A DNA stretch of 10,564 bases from Vitrella brassicaformis CCMP3155 (Eukaryota > Protista > Chromerida): the NCBI GenBank assembly GCA_001179505.1, contig CDMY01000918.1, forward strand, positions 1-10,564, written 5' to 3'. The notes under the pieces were generated by a model. That model was not told where the DNA came from, did no database searches, and saw only the letters and a program-made list of their open reading frames with translations. The position numbers and the translations under genes were made by a program. Shown here one piece after another: positions 6,142 to 10,564 of the stretch (position 1 is the stretch's first letter; every line of letters begins with the position of its first letter).

Positions 6142-8661
6142 CTACTGCTCCTGCTGCTCGGGGATGGCTGGAGGGGGCAGGGGTTGTGGTGCGGGGGCCA
6201 TGTCCATCTCCTCCTCCATCTCGGCAGCAGCTGCCATCAGATGGCCGAACATGGGCGTCTTGGGCGAGGGCGACTTGTCCTCCTCCTCGCGGTCGTCTCG
6301 GTCGCGCCTGTAGTCTCGGTCATCCCCGTCGTAGCGGCGGCGGCGGCGGTCGTACTCGTCGTCATCGTATCGCCGGGGGTAGTCCCTGTCCCTCTCGCCC
6401 GAGCGACTGCGGGCACGGTAACGGTCATAGTCACGCCCGCCACGACGGTTCCTGCAGCCAAACACGACACGACCTTGTCACCTTGTGTGTGAGTGTGCGT
6501 ATGTGTCTGTGTGTGTGTGTGTGGCTAAGCATCTGTCTCACCCATCGCGGTCGTCTCGATCGCGCCTGTAGTCTCGGTCATCCTCGTCGTAGCGGCGGCG
6601 GCGGTCGCACTCGTCGTCATCGTATCGCCGGCGGTAGTCCCTGTTCCTCTCGCGCGAGCGACTGCGGGCACGGTAACGGTCACAACCGTACCCATCGCCC
6701 TCGCCACTGCCCCGACGCCTCAGGCTGCAGACAGAGCAACAGAGACACAAACACACACACACACACACACGGTGAAGAGGTGTGTGCGTGTCTCTCCCTG
6801 TGGCGTGTACGGACGCTCACCCTTTGTCCTTCGAGAGCTTTCGCTGCTTCAGTAATGGAGTGAGTGTGTCTACGGCCGCCGGGTCCTCCTCAGAGGATGG
6901 CGAGCGCTGCAGCCGTGGCTGTCCGGATGGTGCTGATCTTGGCGGAATGGCAGCTGCTGCAGCAGCGGCCGGTGCAGGTGGCTGTGGCTGTGTTGTGTCG
7001 GTGACGATGTCCCTGTTGATGGGCGTGTGGTTGGCGCCCTGCCTGCTGGCCATGCCGGGTGTGTATGTGGGCGGGGGCGAGGTGGGCAGGGGGGCGAGGG
7101 ACGGCGAACACGAGAGGCTTCTGGCGCCTCGAGGGACTCAACGCCACCAAGACTGCATCAAGGCATCCAGCAGACGACAGACGAGGACACGAGTGACAGG
7201 CCTATCTTCCTTCGCATCTGGCTTGTCTTCTTTTACCCAGCACGATTCAGTATCCCTCCTCTTCCTGAGTCTCCCTCTCTCCCACGCTCGTGTGGCTGCG
7301 GACTCCCGACCGCAGACGGACCGCTAGGCGAGTATTCGGGCGGTGGGCGAGACCGCCGCCGTGCGTCACCCCATTCCCATTCCCATTCCTCACCATTCCC
7401 ATTCCCATTCCCCTCGTTGCCCCGGTCCAGACGACCGATGCCCAGGTCACTCGAGTCACGCGATTTGCCCCAAGGTGAGCTGGTGCGGTCAGCAGGGTGG
7501 GTAGTGGGGGGGCGGGAAGGGCTGTGGTCGTCCCTCGAGGCCTCACTGGGTGCAGCTGCGGCAGGGTGTGGCTGAGGGTCGCCACGGCGGAAAAGCTGAT
7601 AACACAAATACATGGGTGCTCTGGTGGTTGGCGTATCCTTTGTGGTCTCGGTTGCGTACCGGTGATGGTTTGTGCATCGGCTCCCTCATGGAGGCGTTGT
7701 TCCTGGGCCGCATGTCGACGTCCCTCCCAGCACCCTCACCCCCACGGCCCTGCTCTCGCTGCTCCTCGACATCCATCGGCTGCCGCACACCATCGCCGTC
7801 TCCATCCCCACCAAGTTGCAGCATTCTGTCCCTGACCGAGTCTCGCGTCAAGGGGTGCTGCATGCCGGCTCCCATATCAAGGCCGGTGGCGTGGCCCTCG
7901 CCGTTGACACGCACATCTCGGCCACGCCAACGCTCACGCTCACGGACATGCTCATCTAGCTGCGGAGGCTGCAGTTGTGGCTGTCCGGAGGGTGTTGGTC
8001 TTGGCGGAATGGCGGCAGCAGCAGCTGCTGCAGGTGCAGGTGCAGGTGGCTGTCTTGTGTCGGTGACGATGTCCCTGTTGATGGGCGTGTGGTTGGCGCC
8101 CTGCCTGCTGGCCATGCCGGCTGTGTATGTGGGCGGGGGCGAGGTGGGCAGGGGGGCGAGGGACGGCGACACACGAGAGGCTTCTGGCGCCTCGAGGGAC
8201 TCAACGCCACCAAGACTGCATCAAGGCATCCAGCAGACGACAGACAAGGACATGAGTGACAGGCCTACCTTCCTTCGCATCTGGCTTGTCTTCCTTTACC
8301 CAGCATGATTCAGCATCCCTCCTCGTCGTGAGTCTCCCTCTCTCCCACGCTCGTGTGGCTGCGGACTCCCGACCACAGACGGACCGCCAGGCGAGTACTC
8401 GGGCGGTGGGCGAGACGGCAGCCGTGACGGCGTGTCACCACCCTCACCATCCTCCCCTTCCCCATTCCCATCCCCCTCGTCGTCATCATCAGGATTACTC
8501 CAGTCCTGCCGTGTCCTCCTTCCCGGCGGGTTCAGAAACGACTCCCACGCCTCTGCGGGCCCCCGTGCTGATGCCGGGTCGGGCGCCGAGGGGTCTTCAG
8601 CAATACCAGGGGTCTGCCTGGATGAGAAGGGCAGCCCCTGCTCCTTCGCTGACGACATCAT
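6142..8661 (-). CDS. Low-complexity Pro/Ser-rich plus RS/RD-domain protein, in frame with downstream H1; exons 8661-8300, 8215-7660, 7595-7237, 7152 (or 7120)-6821, 6724-6542, 6451-6142
   Basis: GT-AG introns at 8299-8216, 7659-7596, 7236-7153 (or 7121), 6820-6725 and 6541-6452. Phases are consistent, except that exon 4 needs the 7121 acceptor or a 1-bp repair. The protein starts MMSSAKEQG, contains RYRARSRSRERNRDYRRRYDDDE, and ends ...PEQQEQ at TAG. About 689 aa with the 7121 acceptor. The start site is tentative. Confidence 0.7.
6287..6682 (-). repeat. Tandem duplication of the RS/RD-coding block (6287-6427 and 6545-6682), with copies in separate exons
   Basis: Near-identical ~140-bp blocks that differ by one CGG unit and a few substitutions. 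Confidence 0.92.
6905..8480 (-). repeat. Intragenic duplication of ~510 bp (about 6905-7420 and 7968-8480), each copy including an 84-nt intron
   Basis: The copies are offset by 1063 bp at the acceptors. The two 84-nt introns differ at 4 positions. Both encode PPPEYSP.GPS.VGSPQPHERGREGDS and GMASRQGANHTPINRDIVTD. Confidence 0.93.
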
Positions 8662-8914
8662 GGCGTCCCCTCGAAATGCGGCCCCCTTTGGCCCCCGCTG
8701 TCGAGATTTTCGCGAGTCGATCCACGGCTCGGGATAAGCATCGGACAAGGACCGCACCCATACCACCGTGTCAGCGCCATCGCCCTCGTCAATTTAAGCC
8801 CACTTTCAGCCCCATCCGCGACCAGCATCAAGATCTACGGGCACCTCGCATCTTGGGTGGCCGCCAATTCTCCACAGCTTCGAGGCCTGGCGCCACGCTG
8901 CTGCCCGCATATGA

Positions 8915-8966
8915 ACCGCATTGAAGAGCCCTACCAATCACCCATGGTGAAGCTCTTCAATGCGGT
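8915..8966. promoter_or_regulatory. Perfect 15-bp-stem inverted repeat with 22-nt loop in the region between the divergent genes
   Basis: accgcattgaagagc (8915-8929) pairs with gctcttcaatgcggt (8952-8966). The loop contains CCAAT and a small tcacc/ggtga stem. The structure is certain; a regulatory role is inference. Confidence 0.45.
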
Positions 8967-9480
8967 CTGTGAAGCCCTCCCTCGCAGTATCCCTCTGTTC
9001 GAGAAACTACCGACCGGAGATTGAGTGACCCTGGCCTCCCCTCCAGGCACCACCCGCACCAGGCTGACCACTGACGCACACTTGATAAGGTGAGGGCCAA
9101 CACAGGGCAAACGGGGACATCACAATCGCATCACAATCATCGCGATTCTCCCGTCCCCCTGTGTGCAGGCAATCACTTCGCCTTGTTCCTGTCGTGTTCC
9201 TGGTCTCCGTGCGCCAGCTTGGCTGCCTCTCCTTGACCACCACTGAGTGCGCCACCACATGGTAGCCACACCATCACCACACAATCAATCCCTCCCCTGA
9301 TGTGACCCCTTTTGTCCACCAATGTTACAGGTACCGTTTCGCTGATTGCCCGCCGACCAAGACGACGCCCGGCCCGCCTCCCCCGCCATACTCTGCGGCA
9401 CCACAAGCGCCATCAATTCCTGCCAGCCACGCAGCAGCCTGGCCACTATGGAGGTCGACAGTCAAACGCACTCAAACTTA
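8944..9480 (+). pseudogene. Possible degenerate spliced ORF or 5' UTR/uORF region upstream of gene A
   Basis: Reads MVKLFNAVCEALPRSIPLFEKLPTGD*VTLASPPGTTRTRLTTDAHLIR, with plausible introns at 9090-9168 and 9262-9330. These lead to ...WYRFADCPPTKTTPGPPPPPYSAAPQ...TQT*. There is an in-frame TGA at 9022-9024. Confidence 0.2.
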
Positions 9481-9718
9481 GACATGTGAAGGCGGCCACT
9501 TGAGGGCTCGTTGCTTCACGTGACTGATGACGGACGACTCACCCATTCGCTCGGGTACTCACACTCCGAAAAGAAGGCCAGCTCAATCGACACACATACA
9601 TATACATATGTGTATACACATGGATGGATCGATACATGTGCTGCCTTTGGGTCTCCTGTGTGCATGCAGGCACTTCTGTGTACACCTGAGCGTCGCCGCC
9701 CTCTCTCCACCCTCACCC

Positions 9719-10525
9719 ATGTCCCATGCCAAAGAGGATCCCATCGCCAAGAGGACTCGTTCCGCAGGAGCTGCCCAGCCCTCTGTCGATTTCGCACACG
9801 GCCCTGCCCGGCTGCGCGAGAGGGGCGAGGCTGCCCAGCCGTCGACCGAGCCCTCAATCTCATCCCCCGATCGACAGCCTCATTGGCCTCCAGCCAGGCG
9901 GCCTCCTCGACAACGATTCAAAGAAGGCCGTGGAACTCACAGAGGACGACCATCCATCGCACCCTTGGCCGACGGAACCTGAAACCTCTCCAGCCTCCCA
10001 GCCGACTATCGCCGCAGAGCGATTTTCGAAGGATACGACAAGAAGGTGGCGGAGACGCCCGCATGGTCGCTGTACGTGTTTTGTGGGGCCGGGATGGGTC
10101 AGATCGTCGCACTGCTGCTGGATAGTGATTGATGCTTGGAGGGTCGCACCATGCGCGGCAACGGCTACAAACGAATAGGACATGCCATACCACCACACCA
10201 TCCAAAGACTGACGACACTCACCCATTCCCAATTGCCCATTCCACCCCTTGCTTGTATCATGTATGTGTGCCTGCAGAATCGACTGGTGGTCGATGAGGA
10301 GCATCCATTCATTCTACCTCCTCAAAGCCGTCAGGACGGAAAACGAGGAGGTGTGTGAAGAAAGACACAGATGAGATGCAGACAGACAGACGTCAGCTTA
10401 AGGTCTATCCATGTGTGTGGCTGTGCATCGATCTGCCTGTTGGTCATGTGCGTGTGTGTCAGTCTGCTTTGTTCCGCGAGCTGCGCAAGTGGAAGTGGAA
10501 CTACGAAGAGCTCAAAGGACCGCTG
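9719..10525 (+). CDS. Gene A, 5' half; exons 9719-10071 (three apparent 1-bp deletions), 10278-10350, 10463-10525; continues at 103 across the window junction
   Basis: ATG at 9719 follows an acceptor at ~9669. Donors GTACGT (10072), GTGTGT (10351) and GTATGC (10526) have consistent phases: ...PADYRRRAIFEGYDKKVAETPAWSL|IDWWSMRSIHSFYLLKAVRTENEE|SALFRELRKWKWNYEELKGPL. The last exon ends in phase 0, matching exon 103-130. Confidence 0.7.
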
Positions 10526-10537
10526 GTATGCATCCCT

Positions 10538-10564
10538 CCCATCCAAGCACACCCACCCACCCCA
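10538..10564 (+). repeat. Terminal direct repeat, right copy
   Basis: Exact 27-nt match to 1-27; lies inside an intron that opens with GTATG at 10526. Confidence 0.97.

Noticed and set aside
6142-6144. Genome-wide TAG=Gln (ciliate-type) or TGA=Trp recoding to explain the in-frame stops
   Set aside because: Gene A ends at TAG (985-987) where its paralogue has TAA (3402-3404), and H1 ends at TGA (4414-4412). All three stop codons act as terminators.
7495-7521. G-quadruplex-forming G-runs
   Set aside because: Expected from Pro-rich codons on the opposite strand in GC-rich DNA; nothing further supports a function.
5616-8924. Long + strand ORFs (5616-6863, 7027-7575, 7550-8308, 8256-8924)
   Set aside because: These are antisense shadows of GC-rich low-complexity exons on the - strand, with no independent motifs.
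8923-8962. Outward-facing SapI/BspQI sites (GAAGAGC...GCTCTTC) with ATG overhangs, resembling a cloning cassette
   Set aside because: This is simply part of the 15-bp inverted repeat. Both overhangs would be the same, and no vector, marker or origin sequence is recognisable.
1-10564. CRISPR array, rRNA/tRNA/snRNA, dinoflagellate spliced leader, telomeric repeats, or a viral/plasmid Rep gene explaining circularity
   Set aside because: None recognised by eye. The repeats present are microsatellites or segmental duplications without unique spacers. An Infernal/tRNAscan run would be needed to exclude small RNAs.

Overview
GC-rich eukaryotic genomic DNA with short spliceosomal introns full of CA/TG, GACA and GGAT microsatellites. 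The style suggests a chromerid alveolate such as Vitrella, but that is inference only. Bases 1-27 are identical to 10538-10564, and a + strand gene that starts near 9719 runs off the right end and resumes in the correct phase at 103. The window therefore behaves as a 10,537-bp circle or one unit of a tandem array. That gene (gene A, ~312 aa after repair) encodes an unknown protein with an acidic tail; it has two GC-AG introns and three apparent 1-bp deletions in exon 1. On the - strand, 4412-8661 is one phase-consistent 11-exon chain. It encodes a Pro/Ser-rich region (internally duplicated), an RS/RD domain (duplicated), an acidic Pro/Ala linker, a linker-histone H1 globular domain and a Lys/Ala tail. 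A single in-frame TAG (6142-6144) sits inside one exon in a near-TMV-type readthrough context. Other features: a 5'-truncated duplicate of gene A's 3' end, a 462-bp element with 28-bp perfect inverted repeats, a 15-bp-stem hairpin between the divergent genes, and introns with AC-rich 5' ends and GT-rich 3' ends. No rRNA, tRNA, CRISPR array or transposase was recognised. All gene models were spliced by hand.
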